Below are positions 1 through 9,031 of a DNA stretch of 64,000 nucleotides, one piece after another. How positions within the stretch are numbered: the stretch's first letter is position 1; every line of letters starts with the position of its first letter. A program made the position numbers and the translations under genes. Source of the stretch: Chloroflexota bacterium (GTDB taxonomy: Bacteria; Chloroflexota; Dehalococcoidia; GIF9; AB-539-J10); assembly GCA_036834125.1 (NCBI GenBank), contig DAITOK010000001.1:57314-121313 (forward strand), read 5' to 3'. Below the pieces are notes generated by a model. It was not told where the DNA came from. It saw only the letters and a program-made list of their open reading frames with translations, and searched no databases.

Positions 1-336
1 ATTGTAGTCCTATGATTGGGTCGGTTCAATAAGTCTAACATTGATTGCCGAATAGCAGTCACGGTAAGTGCCCACCAGATTTGAGAAAGCGTGACAAACA
101 GGGAAAGAATGAATCGCCAGATTCAGTTCCTTCTACTAAACAGGAACTTTGGAAACTAGCCACCGACGCCTGTTGCGGGCGACACCACGACTGCTATCGG
201 GCTGCGGGAGGAGGTTTGATTGACTGCGCCAGAATCGCAACTTTCTGGAAGGCGGTTGAACTAGCATCGTCTAATTCCGTTGGCTGTCTAGGCTGTCACG
301 TCTTATCGGTTGTTCATCAAAGGCGTAGAATAGCCT

Positions 337-1415
337 GTGATGCCAGCGCGGACTAAACGGGTGCAGCATTGGCTGGATGTTGGAACGTGCCGATCGTGCA
401 TTCGCACTGCTTTGCTGGCAGTAGCAGTAACCGCTCTGGTATTAACAGGTTGCGCATCTGGACCTGTTGTCCCTGCCGATTCGCCCACGCTGCCCGCGCG
501 TGGCTTCTTCATGGGACTTCTGCCACGCCTAAGGATGGCGAGTCCTTTGCCGAAGCCTATGAAAAGGCATCTGGCTTCGCCGAGTTTGTTCCAGTGTGGG
601 GACGTCCGACGCCTTTCTATATCTGGCACGGGAGCTGTCGGGCAGTTGGGCAAAACATTTGTGGAACAATATACACGCGGCAACGGCATGTTTCCGCTGG
701 TACACATGAGCTTCATTGGCACCAACGTGACTCTAGTTGTACCACCAGGAATGTCGGCGCTACCTTAGCAAATCCCGCTTGGCGGAACGCTTATAAAGAG
801 GCAGCCATAGATGTTGTCCGTGCAGCCAGACCCTTCTATCTCTCTCTGGGCAACGAGGTGAACCGCTGGTACGAGAAATACGGCGCAAATGCCAGTGATC
901 CGAACGGCTTCCAGAATTATGTCAGCCTTTACAGCGAGATATACGATGCGGTGAAAGAATTGTCGCCGCAGACTAATGTTTTTTGTACCTTTGTTCGTGA
1001 AGTGGTAGCAGAAAACCGGGAAGCTGACCTGAGCGCGTTGAACCTGTTTGAGCCGAGTAAGATGGACGTTCTCATATTCATCAGTTATTCATATGCTTTA
1101 CCAGGGATTGATAGACCAGATGATATCCCGGACGACTACTATGCAAGAATTTTAGACTACATGCCAGGCAAGCCGTTTGGGTTAAGCGAGTTCGCCTGGG
1201 CAGCATTGGAGGAATTTGGTGGCGAGCAAGCTCAAGTTGATTTCGTTTTCGAGGTAGCCGGGCGTCTTACCGCGGGGCAGGGAATCAACCTTGAATTCTT
1301 GGGCTGGCCCTGGCTAGCTGCTCTTGATGAGGAGGACCCCGTCGCTCTAATTAAGAGGAATGGTATGGAGAGGCTGGCTTTCGCCGCCTGGCAGACATTA
1401 TTCTCAAGTGCATGA
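337..1415 (+). pseudogene. Putative clan GH-A (GH5/GH26-like) glycoside hydrolase lipoprotein, frameshifted. A lipoprotein signal in frame 1 (ATG 337; h-region ALLAVAVTALVL, lipobox LTGC) switches around 480-505 into the frame-3 body listed as ORF 369..1415.
   Basis: The frame-1 N-terminus has a charged n-region, a hydrophobic core and an L-T-G-C lipobox, but soon degenerates. The frame-3 ORF starts at TTG with a non-protein-like N-terminus, then becomes protein-like (WLLHGTSATPKDGESFAEAY...). The body has a GNEVN motif (acid/base Glu of clan GH-A) and GLSEFAW (nucleophile Glu in an E-F/L-G context). Confidence 0.4.
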
Positions 1416-1647
1416 GGATAACCAAAAGCTGGGGTATTAGCTACCGGATTCCAACGTCGGACAGGCGCTTCATCGTCAGAATAGGTTGCTCTCCTTGAAG
1501 TGAAGCTTTGCAGCCTGACCCAGACGCCAGCCTTTCATTCAGCTCAAAAGCGTTTACAATAAGGCTAATTGGCTGGGGCATCCTTTGAGGACATTGCTGC
1601 TATCTGCGGCGTGGATAGCACGAAAAGCACTGATAGTGAAATGACGC

Positions 1648-1836
1648 TCACGCCTTCTTGTCGGGAACCTGCTTCTTAAACACTGCCAGCCATTTCATCT
1701 GAAGTCCCGAGCGGGTTCCCGTTAGCCTATCCAGCAAAATCAGTTCCCAGCCCTCTTTTCCAAGCGCATTTAAATAATCTGTGTGCGCCAGCTCTTTCAG
1801 AGTGTATTCTTCTATATGATACTGCCACTGGCTCAT
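1648..1836 (-). CDS. DUF4177-like small protein
   Basis: The 62-aa ORF has the ...LNALGKEGWELI... core typical of the DUF4177 family. Confidence 0.45.
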   Translation of the reverse strand: MSQWQYHIEEYTLKELAHTDYLNALGKEGWELILLDRLTGTRSGLQMKWLAVFKKQVPDKKA

Positions 1837-1981
1837 TTAATTGCACCTCCTGCTTTCATGACTTACGCATATTGTATCACCCAAGTGTAGTCAATGGCTT
1901 GGAGAGCTTTATTCTGCTGTGATTAAAACCGTCCGCTGCCAATGAGAAAATCAACCTCTCGTCGGAGTCCGCCGCATCAGC

Positions 1982-2680
1982 TTAGCCCTCTAGGAACTGT
2001 CTTATGACCTCTCGGTGAGCAATAAATGCTGCGTGCAGGTCGTCAACCATCTCGCCGGTAAGTACAGTCGTATCCTTACTGATTCCGTGAAATGTCCCTT
2101 CCAAAAACGGTTTTAACAACATGTCCACCTTCCTCTTATCCCTCTCGCCCGTAATCACCAAAAACAGTTTTGGTCTCCACATGTCACGAGCGTGCTGTAG
2201 CTTTGCGAGGGCTTTATCCACCTCTCCTTTATCCTGCACCTCAAAGACATGACTTGGCCTTGGCAAGCCTTCGATTTCCTTCCAAATAGCGTCATAAATG
2301 TACGGCGGAGCATGATATTCCTTCGCTGCATATCGTCCAAGTATCTCGCCAATTTCCTTTATTTTGCTCTGGAGCTCTTCGTGGCGAGATTCTCTTAAAG
2401 GAAATTGAGGCGGTTTGGGTTCGACTATTTCCTTTGTGGTTAATTCCCAGAAACCCCTCGTAGGAGACCGAGCTAGCTTTTTCGTTTTAAGATATTGAAG
2501 CGCCCAGTCACTCTGGTGTCGCCACAGGGGGTGCTTCTGTTTGCAATAGGGACAAGGAAAAATCGTGTCATCACAGAGGTGCGGTGCCTTTGTCTTGACA
2601 GCAGCGTAGATGTCCTTGACGTGCATGGGAACGGGAGATTGCTGTAACACCTTATAGACCACTTTCTGAAGTTCAGTCAT
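1982..2680 (-). CDS. Hypothetical protein with an N-terminal Mrr_N-like winged-helix domain and an uncharacterised C-terminal domain (possible PD-(D/E)xK-like motif)
   Basis: The N-terminus WRHQSDWALQYLKTKKLARSPTRGFWELT resembles the Mrr N-terminal wH recognition helix/wing. The C-terminus has YIYDAIW...VFEVQDK, reminiscent of a D...(E/Q)xK nuclease core. The start codon overlaps the upstream Zn-ribbon ORF's stop (ATGA). Confidence 0.5.
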   Translation of the reverse strand: MTELQKVVYKVLQQSPVPMHVKDIYAAVKTKAPHLCDDTIFPCPYCKQKHPLWRHQSDWALQYLKTKKLARSPTRGFWELTTKEIVEPKPPQFPLRESRHEELQSKIKEIGEILGRYAAKEYHAPPYIYDAIWKEIEGLPRPSHVFEVQDKGEVDKALAKLQHARDMWRPKLFLVITGERDKRKVDMLLKPFLEGTFHGISKDTTVLTGEMVDDLHAAFIAHREVIRQFLEG

Positions 2681-2973
2681 CTCGCCCTTTCCGAGTTTGC
2701 TGACTGGCTCTCCTTTTTAGTTTGCAGGCCTTTCCCACATTTTTCACACAACTCAGCGAAGTGGAGACCGGGTGGAGGTCTCACAAAATCGATTTTTTCC
2801 TTGTAATAAAACTCACCCTTGTTAATTATGGCCCCGCAACCTTGACACTGATGAGGAATTCTTGCTTTTACCCTTGCCCAGTATTTTAAGGTATTGTATT
2901 TGTCACCATCTTCTCGAACCCGCTTGTTAAGACCATCGGCAGCAAGCTGTGCATCTCGATTGTATTATAACAT
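2677..2973 (-). pseudogene. Zn-ribbon protein gene with an in-frame TAA at codon 3 (ATG-TTA-TAA, then 95 sense codons with CQGC...CEKC), translationally coupled by ATGA to the downstream gene
   Basis: The minus-strand frame reads M-L-stop, then YNRDAQLAADGLNKRVREDGDKYNTLKYWARVKARIPHQCQGCGAIINKGEFYYKEKIDFVRPPPGLHFAELCEKCGKGLQTKK... with no internal ATG. A GGAG lies about 11 nt upstream of the ATG at 2973-2971. Confidence 0.4.
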
Positions 2974-3053
2974 TCGTGGTTGCTCCAGGATAGGTGGGGA
3001 GGTGGGGCACTGCCCGCCTGAATTGGTGGTTCGGCCTGCTGGATAAGGGAAGA

Positions 3054-3803
3054 TTAAGATAAGCGATACTTGGAATTGAACCGCTTAACAATACTCAACA
3101 ATTCAGGTTCAAGTCGTCTTTTGACTTCTGCGATGATGTGGTCAGGAATACTTTTGTAGTAGGCTTGGGTGATGCCGCCTGCCATGCAGGCAAGCGTGTC
3201 GCCGTCCCCACCCAGGGAGACGGCTTTTCTCACTGTGTCCTCATAATCGTCTGATTCCAGAAAGGCTGTGATGGCTTCTGGCACTGAGCCCGGGCAGGTC
3301 TCATCAAAATGATAATGCGGGCGGATTTCCGCTAAAGTTCGGCCAGGTCGTAGCCGAAGTTCTTCTCAATGAAGTCCTTTATCCTGCGCTTGCTTTCGCC
3401 GTGCCGTGCCAGCAGGACGGCAGCAGCAACTGTCTGAGCCTCTTTGATACCTTCGGCGCTCCTTTTGGCTTCAGCTAATACTTCCTCCATGGTATCAAAG
3501 GCAAAACCAACGGGGCTCACACGCATAGCTGACCCGTTGCCGAAGCCGTAGTAAGGCTCAAGGCTATCGCTTCTCGTCCATCTGCGAAACATGCCCCATA
3601 GCCAGCATAAGGGTATTTGCGGGCATAATGCTTGAATGTAGTGGCGTAATCTTTGCTGTTCAAGGTACAATCCGCCACGGCTACTGTCAGTACAGTATCG
3701 TCGGTAAAAGTAGATCTGGTGGTGAACAGCGGAAATTCGGTTGTCTTTATGGGACGACCCTCATAAGCGGAGCCGATTATGTCACCAGCAATCGCTCAAT
3801 CAC
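3054..3803 (-). pseudogene. ADP-ribosylglycohydrolase (DraG-like) family gene disrupted by two frameshifts
   Basis: A GTG at 3803-3801 with a perfect AGGAGG 6 nt upstream reads VIER and then hits a stop. A -1 frame carries IAGDIIGSAYEGRP...TDDTVLT...GFGNGSAMRVSPVGFAFD, which is ORF 3332..3670. The C-terminal part (EIRPHYHFDETCPGSVPEAITAFLESDDYEDTVRKAVSLGGDGDTLACMAGG) is in another frame (ORF 3054..3284). The junction at about 3335-3345 looks like an 11-nt insertion. Confidence 0.6.
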
Positions 3804-3843
3804 GTAGCACCTCCTGTCCAGGTCCGCTGACCTAGATAAGGCT

Positions 3844-5328
3844 TCACGGTCTTGGGGTCTTGGAATTGGATAACTTAGTGAGGGCAGCTAAGGCAGCGAT
3901 AGCGGCTACCTTCTTCTTTTCGTCAAATATCTGAGATAATTTCTCATCCAGAGGCTTTTCCGTTTCCACGATCCTCTTCATATCTTCCAGTAAGGTGGGC
4001 TCGCTATCAATAAAGTGAGTGCTTAATTCACCTTTGACGAAACGCGGGTTCTGCATGACGGCTTTATGGAATGGGATATTCGTCTTTACTCCTACGATAA
4101 TATATTCATAAAGCGCCCGGCGCATTCTGGCAATAGCCTCATCGCGGTCTCTGCCCCAGACAATTAGCTTGGAGATCATAGGGTCGTAAGTTGGAGGTAT
4201 GGTATATCGGGTATGGACTCCGCTGTCCACGCGGATTCCGATGCCTCCCGGTGAGCGGTAGCCTCTGAGCTTGCCGGGCGAAGGAGCAAAGTTGTTCAGG
4301 GGGTCTTCGGCATTGATACGACATTCAATTGCCCAGCCACGTGGTTGTACATCCTCTTGTTTGATGCTTAATGGCAAGCCCGAAGCTATCCGTATCTGCT
4401 CCTTGACAATATCTATCCCGGTCACCATCTCTGTCACAGGATGCTCTACCTGAATGCGGGTGTTAGCTTCGAGGAAGTAATATTTGCCCTTAGAGAATAG
4501 GAACTCCATCGTTCCTGCACCCTCGTAGTTGATCCACTTGCCGGCTTTTACTGCGGTTGCACCCATCTCGGCACGGAGCTGCGGTGTGAGTGCTGGAGAG
4601 GGTGATTCCTCGATCAGTTTCTGGTGTCGTCGCTGAATAGAGCATTCGCGCTCCCCCAGATGGACCACATTGCCGTGGGAGTCGCCCAATATCTGAAATT
4701 CGATATGACGAGCGTGAGGCAAGTATTTCTCGATATAGACATCGGGTAAGCCGAATGTTGAGGCGGCGATAGCCTGGGAGGATTCCAGCGCTGCCTTCAG
4801 TTCGTCTTCATTGGCGACTATACGCATGCCGATGCCCCCGCCTCCGCCCGACGGCTTGCAGATCACAGGATAGCCGATTTCCCGGGCAGCTTTTCTGACC
4901 TCGTCGAAGTCCGCGACCGGCTCGTCAGTGCCGGGCGCCACCGGCACTCCGGCTTTCTGCATTTCCTTTCGGGCGGCAATTTTGTTGCCCATCAGTTCCA
5001 GTACCTTGCTGGATGGACCAATGAATTTAATCCCTTGCTTTTCGCAGGCATAAGCAAAGCTAGGATTTTCGGCCAGGAAGCCATAGCCAGGATGTATAGC
5101 TTGGGCACCGCACTCTTTGGCGACGGCGATGATTTTCTTGATATTGAGGTAGCTCTCTATAGCTGGGGCAGCGCCGATAAAGTAGGCTTCATCAGCATAT
5201 TTGGCAAATAAGGCATCTTTGTCCACTTCGGAATATATAGCAACAGAAGTTATGCCGAGCTCTCGGCAAGCCCGCATCACCCGTATAGCAATTTCACCGC
5301 GGTTGGCTACCAGAACCTTGTTTATCAT
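3844..5328 (-). CDS. pycA: Pyruvate carboxylase subunit A / biotin carboxylase (ATP-grasp)
   Basis: N-terminus MINKVLVANRGEIAIRVMRAC, with GGGGIGMR and EMNTR-like motifs. It sits directly downstream of the carboxyltransferase-biotinyl subunit. The ORF extends to 5361, but an ATG at 5328 gives the canonical N-terminus. Confidence 0.8.
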   Translation of the reverse strand: MINKVLVANRGEIAIRVMRACRELGITSVAIYSEVDKDALFAKYADEAYFIGAAPAIESYLNIKKIIAVAKECGAQAIHPGYGFLAENPSFAYACEKQGIKFIGPSSKVLELMGNKIAARKEMQKAGVPVAPGTDEPVADFDEVRKAAREIGYPVICKPSGGGGGIGMRIVANEDELKAALESSQAIAASTFGLPDVYIEKYLPHARHIEFQILGDSHGNVVHLGERECSIQRRHQKLIEESPSPALTPQLRAEMGATAVKAGKWINYEGAGTMEFLFSKGKYYFLEANTRIQVEHPVTEMVTGIDIVKEQIRIASGLPLSIKQEDVQPRGWAIECRINAEDPLNNFAPSPGKLRGYRSPGGIGIRVDSGVHTRYTIPPTYDPMISKLIVWGRDRDEAIARMRRALYEYIIVGVKTNIPFHKAVMQNPRFVKGELSTHFIDSEPTLLEDMKRIVETEKPLDEKLSQIFDEKKKVAAIAALAALTKLSNSKTPRP

Positions 5329-5517
5329 CTTGCCCCATCTTTCTGGCTCTGCCTTCTGCAATGATTAATTGTAGAACACTTATTGTGCTGTGAAAAACCA
5401 AAAGTCCTGGGCAAATCAGCGTGATGCCGCAATTGTCAACCTCCCCTGCCTTCTAGTAGGGCTGCGTTTCCAGGGATTACTTTCGTAGCTATAAAGCTCC
5501 TCATAGTGGTATGCGGC

Positions 5518-7251
5518 TTAGTTTTCCGGTGCTACGACTATCAAGACATCACCGGTGTTCACTACCTCGCCCTGGTAGGTAAGTATTTCCTTAACGGTGC
5601 CGCTGTGGGAGGAGACGACCTGGTTCTGCATTTTCATAGCTTCGATTATCAGCAGCGTGTCACCCTGCTTGACTCTGTCACCGACCTTCACCTTGATAGC
5701 GAGTATCATGCCTTGCATCGGTGAAGTGATGGCTCCGGCAGGAAGCTCTTTAGGCTTTTTGGCTTTTTCTTTTTCTACCTCGACAGTCTTGCCCAATACT
5801 GAAGTTACCCTGACGTTGAATACTTCGCCATCTACGTCAACGCTGAATTCCATGGGTAAGTCTAAAGTAGGAATAGCCTTGGCTGCTGCCTCGGTGGGGG
5901 AGGGCATAGCCTCCTCTTTGATTTCGCCACGCAGGAATTTCACCGCTACCTGAGGATAGAGGGCATAAGTGAGGAGGTCTTCTTCGCGATGAATAATGCC
6001 CAGCTTTTGTCCCTCTTTTTTCAGTTTGGGTAATTCCGGTTTGAGAAGGTCGGCGGGTCGAACATCTATAGGCTTCTCTTCACCTATTACTAGTTTTCTT
6101 ACCTCTTCGTTGATTTCGCCTGGTGGTTGTCCGTACTGGCCTAGAAGGTAGTTCCGTACTTCCTGTGTTACTTGTTTGTAGCGGGCTCCTGACAGCACAT
6201 TCAGGACAGCCTGGATGCCCACGATCTGGCTGGTAGGGGTAACCAGCGGCGGATATCCCAGGTCAGCCCTGACGCGGGGCACTTCTTCCAGAACCTGGCT
6301 ATATTTATCAAGAGCATTCTGCTCTCTCAGTTGGCTGACTAGATTAGAGAGCATACCACCGGGTATCTGGTGCAGCAGTACATTGATGCTGGGCCGAGTG
6401 GTCTCGGTGGTAAACAGCGCTTGATATTTCGCACTCAAGCTGGCGAAGTATTCGCCGATCTCATAGAGCAACTCTAAGTCAAGCCCGGTATCGTAAGGGG
6501 TGCCTTTGAAAGCTGCCACAATACTTTCGGTAGGCGGTTGGGAAGTGCCCCAGCTAAGAGCGGAAAAGGCGGTGTCCACGATATCCACTCCAGCCAGAGC
6601 AGCAGCATAGTAGCTTATAGGTGCCATGCCGCTAGAGCAGTGTGAGTGTAAATCCACCGGGACCTTGACTCTACTCTTGATTGCTTTTACGAGCTCTGCT
6701 GCTGCGGGTGGGGAAATCAAACCAGCCATATCCTTGATGCAAATAGAATCGCAACCTAGGCTTTCCAGTTCCCTAGCCATCTCGGCGAACTTTTCTGTGG
6801 TATGCACCGGGCTAGTGGTATAACAGATTGCCCCTTGGACATGAGCTTCATAGTCTTTGGCTACCTGTATAGCTAGCTTCATATTGCGTATGTCGTTAAG
6901 GGCATCGAAGATGCGGAAGACATTTATGCCGTTTTTCACAGAAAGGCGGATAAATTCTCTCAGGACGTCATCCGCATAGTGGCGATAGCCCACGAGGTTC
7001 TGGCCACGGAGCAGCATCTGCAGGCGAGTGTTTTTGACTTTCTCACGCAGACTCCTGAGCCGTTCCCAGGGGTCCTCGTTCAAGAACCTAATGCAGGCGT
7101 CAAAGGTAGCGCCTCCCCATACTTCTAGAGAAAAGAAGCCCACCCTATCAAGCTGTTCGGCGATAGGAAGCATGTCTTTCGTGCGCATCCTGGTGGCGAT
7201 CAGGGATTGGTGAGCATCACGTAAAGTGGTGTCTGTTATTAAAATGCCCAT
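5518..7251 (-). CDS. pycB: Pyruvate carboxylase subunit B (carboxyltransferase TIM barrel plus C-terminal biotinyl domain)
   Basis: The protein has ILITDTTLRDAHQS and a C-terminal EAMKMQN biotin attachment motif; 577 aa. Confidence 0.8.
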   Translation of the reverse strand: MGILITDTTLRDAHQSLIATRMRTKDMLPIAEQLDRVGFFSLEVWGGATFDACIRFLNEDPWERLRSLREKVKNTRLQMLLRGQNLVGYRHYADDVLREFIRLSVKNGINVFRIFDALNDIRNMKLAIQVAKDYEAHVQGAICYTTSPVHTTEKFAEMARELESLGCDSICIKDMAGLISPPAAAELVKAIKSRVKVPVDLHSHCSSGMAPISYYAAALAGVDIVDTAFSALSWGTSQPPTESIVAAFKGTPYDTGLDLELLYEIGEYFASLSAKYQALFTTETTRPSINVLLHQIPGGMLSNLVSQLREQNALDKYSQVLEEVPRVRADLGYPPLVTPTSQIVGIQAVLNVLSGARYKQVTQEVRNYLLGQYGQPPGEINEEVRKLVIGEEKPIDVRPADLLKPELPKLKKEGQKLGIIHREEDLLTYALYPQVAVKFLRGEIKEEAMPSPTEAAAKAIPTLDLPMEFSVDVDGEVFNVRVTSVLGKTVEVEKEKAKKPKELPAGAITSPMQGMILAIKVKVGDRVKQGDTLLIIEAMKMQNQVVSSHSGTVKEILTYQGEVVNTGDVLIVVAPEN

Positions 7252-7372
7252 CTCAGCTCCGTTTCAGTCGCTTTCTCCAAAACATGTAACACTGCCCAGC
7301 TAGATTTGGCACTATCAAACGCGGCATTATGGCAAATTTGGACATCTCTTCTATGCTACCCTAAAAAAGTGG

Positions 7373-7401
7373 TTGACGTATTTGCCGAGGCGTGATAACA
7401 T
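7373..7401 (+). promoter_or_regulatory. Candidate sigma-70 promoter for the regulator gene
   Basis: TTGACG (7373-7378), a 17-nt spacer, then TAACAT (7396-7401), about 80 nt upstream of ATG 7482. Confidence 0.3.
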
Positions 7402-7481
7402 GCGAACAGCAATACGTGCATCGTAGTTCACAATCATACTCGATTTGTTCTATGGTGTCAAAGTGTCCTTTTAGGAGCTGA

Positions 7482-7763
7482 ATGGAGAAAGGACGCCGGA
7501 CCCTTCTGTCTAATCACGGACGGGTGTTCGTGTATGTTGCCAAGCATCCCAGGTGCACAATGGAGGTGATAGCTCGGGAGGTTGGTCTATCTCAGAGAGG
7601 TGTTCAGAAGATTATCGCGGAACTTGAGACAAGCGGCTATGTCGTTCGACATAAAGATGGTAGACGTAACATATATTCAGTTCGCCCTGAGTTACTATGC
7701 GCACCCGCTGGGCAGGATCATGCTGTGGGTGACCTGCTGGCAGCGCTGGGTGTGACGTCATGA
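7482..7763 (+). CDS. Winged-helix (MarR/ArsR-type HTH) transcriptional regulator
   Basis: VIAREVGLSQRGVQKIIAELETSGYVVRHKDGRRNIY is an HTH plus wing; an AGGAG RBS precedes it. Confidence 0.6.
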   Translation: MEKGRRTLLSNHGRVFVYVAKHPRCTMEVIAREVGLSQRGVQKIIAELETSGYVVRHKDGRRNIYSVRPELLCAPAGQDHAVGDLLAALGVTS

Positions 7764-7875
7764 GCCCGGGATGTAGGCTTTGACCTAAGCTTTGGGAACG
7801 GCTATAATGCGGACATAATGTAAGGTTGTGTGTACCGTAGCTAGGCAAGCAACAGAAGCACTGGAGGTCTCTAAA

Positions 7876-8334
7876 ATGAGCAACGCAAAAAAAATTAAGG
7901 TGAAAATTCGGCGCATGACACGTAATGACATTCATGAGGTTTTGGTCCTTGATAGGATAGTTAGAGGCTCAAGGCGTATTGTTACGAAGTTTGAAGATAT
8001 AGTTTCTATTAACCCTGGGACACCACCTGACATGAGTTTTGTCGCTGAGATTGATGGTGAGATAGTGGGCTTTTCCATCAACCGGACAACATATCTGATG
8101 GTGCCACTTACTGAGGTCTGTATTATTCACGCTATACTCGTTCACCCGGACTATCGAAGGCATGGCATTGGCAGCAAGTTGATTGAGGCACTTCTGGAGC
8201 ATTGTCAAAACGAAGGGATCAACACAGTTCGTATTCTAATTCCAAGAGGCAACAAAGAATTACAAATCCTCTTCAACCGGCATGGTTTCAAGCGAAGTAA
8301 TGTTGTCAATTTTGATAGAATTCTTGAGAGTTAG
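7876..8334 (+). CDS. GNAT family N-acetyltransferase
   Basis: An acetyl-CoA-binding RRHGIGSKLIEAL motif. The ORF is open from 7828, but GGAGG is followed 8 nt later by ATG 7876. Confidence 0.6.
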   Translation: MSNAKKIKVKIRRMTRNDIHEVLVLDRIVRGSRRIVTKFEDIVSINPGTPPDMSFVAEIDGEIVGFSINRTTYLMVPLTEVCIIHAILVHPDYRRHGIGSKLIEALLEHCQNEGINTVRILIPRGNKELQILFNRHGFKRSNVVNFDRILES

Positions 8335-8411
8335 TTGAAGGGTTTCTACAGTAAACCCACTGGGAAGAGGGTTAAGACTGGTCGGTGTGGAGCATTGAAT
8401 ACATGCCGGAG

Positions 8412-8669
8412 CTATCTGCCATACCTTAGCTTCGCATAGAGCATGGCACATCCTAAGGCGAGCGTAATAGCATTCCAGATAATTATTGATAGTCGCCCCA
8501 ATAAAACCCCATACAATAGCCAAAACCCCACACCGGTAATGAAGAAGATGGTAAATGGCAGGCTTATCTCATGTGCACTCCTGAGCTTGAATAACCGCCG
8601 TACTTGAGGGATAAAACCTGTGGTGGTCAAAGCTCCAGCGATAAGTCCTAATAGTTCTCTCCAGTCCAA
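8412..8669 (-). CDS. SemiSWEET / PQ-loop family small membrane transporter
   Basis: An 85-aa ORF with three predicted TM helices and a GFIPQ PQ-loop motif. Confidence 0.55.
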   Translation of the reverse strand: MDWRELLGLIAGALTTTGFIPQVRRLFKLRSAHEISLPFTIFFITGVGFWLLYGVLLGRLSIIIWNAITLALGCAMLYAKLRYGR

Positions 8670-9031
8670 AAAGCGTCTCCTTTTCCGTATGCGTCTAGAG
8701 TTTTTCTATTGCTTTCTTGAGCCTGTATCACAGTCGCACCATTATATCATTCGAGGATAAAACAGTAATGCTGCGCATAGACTTGTAGAAGTTTTCCCCG
8801 AAGTAAAGTTCAGGTATCCACTGTCGGCGTCAGACACGTAGCTAAGCTACGCCGAACGCACCAAAATTTCAAAAAAGCGCATTCACGGACAGTGTGAGGA
8901 AAAAGGATGAGCCTGAGAAAGCAACGCCATGGCTTGCTTCTAAGGTGGATGCAAGCCTACATATCCTTTCTCAATTAAGGAATCTCAGATCGCTCTTACA
9001 CAAGCCCAATTGTGAGAGGTTGGCTAATTAT

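Noticed and set aside
45-725. ORFs 45..356 (+) and 303..725 (-) at the window start
   Set aside because: They overlap each other and the GH-like gene region. Their translations are Cys/Arg-rich and not protein-like. No RBS or homolog pattern was recognised.
3789-3803. Programmed frameshift, rather than mutation, at the N-terminus of the ADP-ribosylglycohydrolase gene
   Set aside because: There is no slippery heptamer or stimulatory structure, and a second unrelated frameshift-plus-stop lies downstream. Decay or sequencing error is more parsimonious.
5597-7213. Several 60-118 aa plus-strand ORFs inside pycB (5597..5953, 6215..6424, 6626..6823, 7028..7213)
   Set aside because: They are antisense to a well-supported 577-aa gene. 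Their Ser/Thr/Leu-rich translations are typical of spurious opposite-strand ORFs.
8931-8957. 7-bp inverted repeat GGCTTGC...GCAAGCC downstream of the RRM gene as a terminator
   Set aside because: The stem is short, and no convincing U tract follows on the transcribed strand. It is too weak to call.
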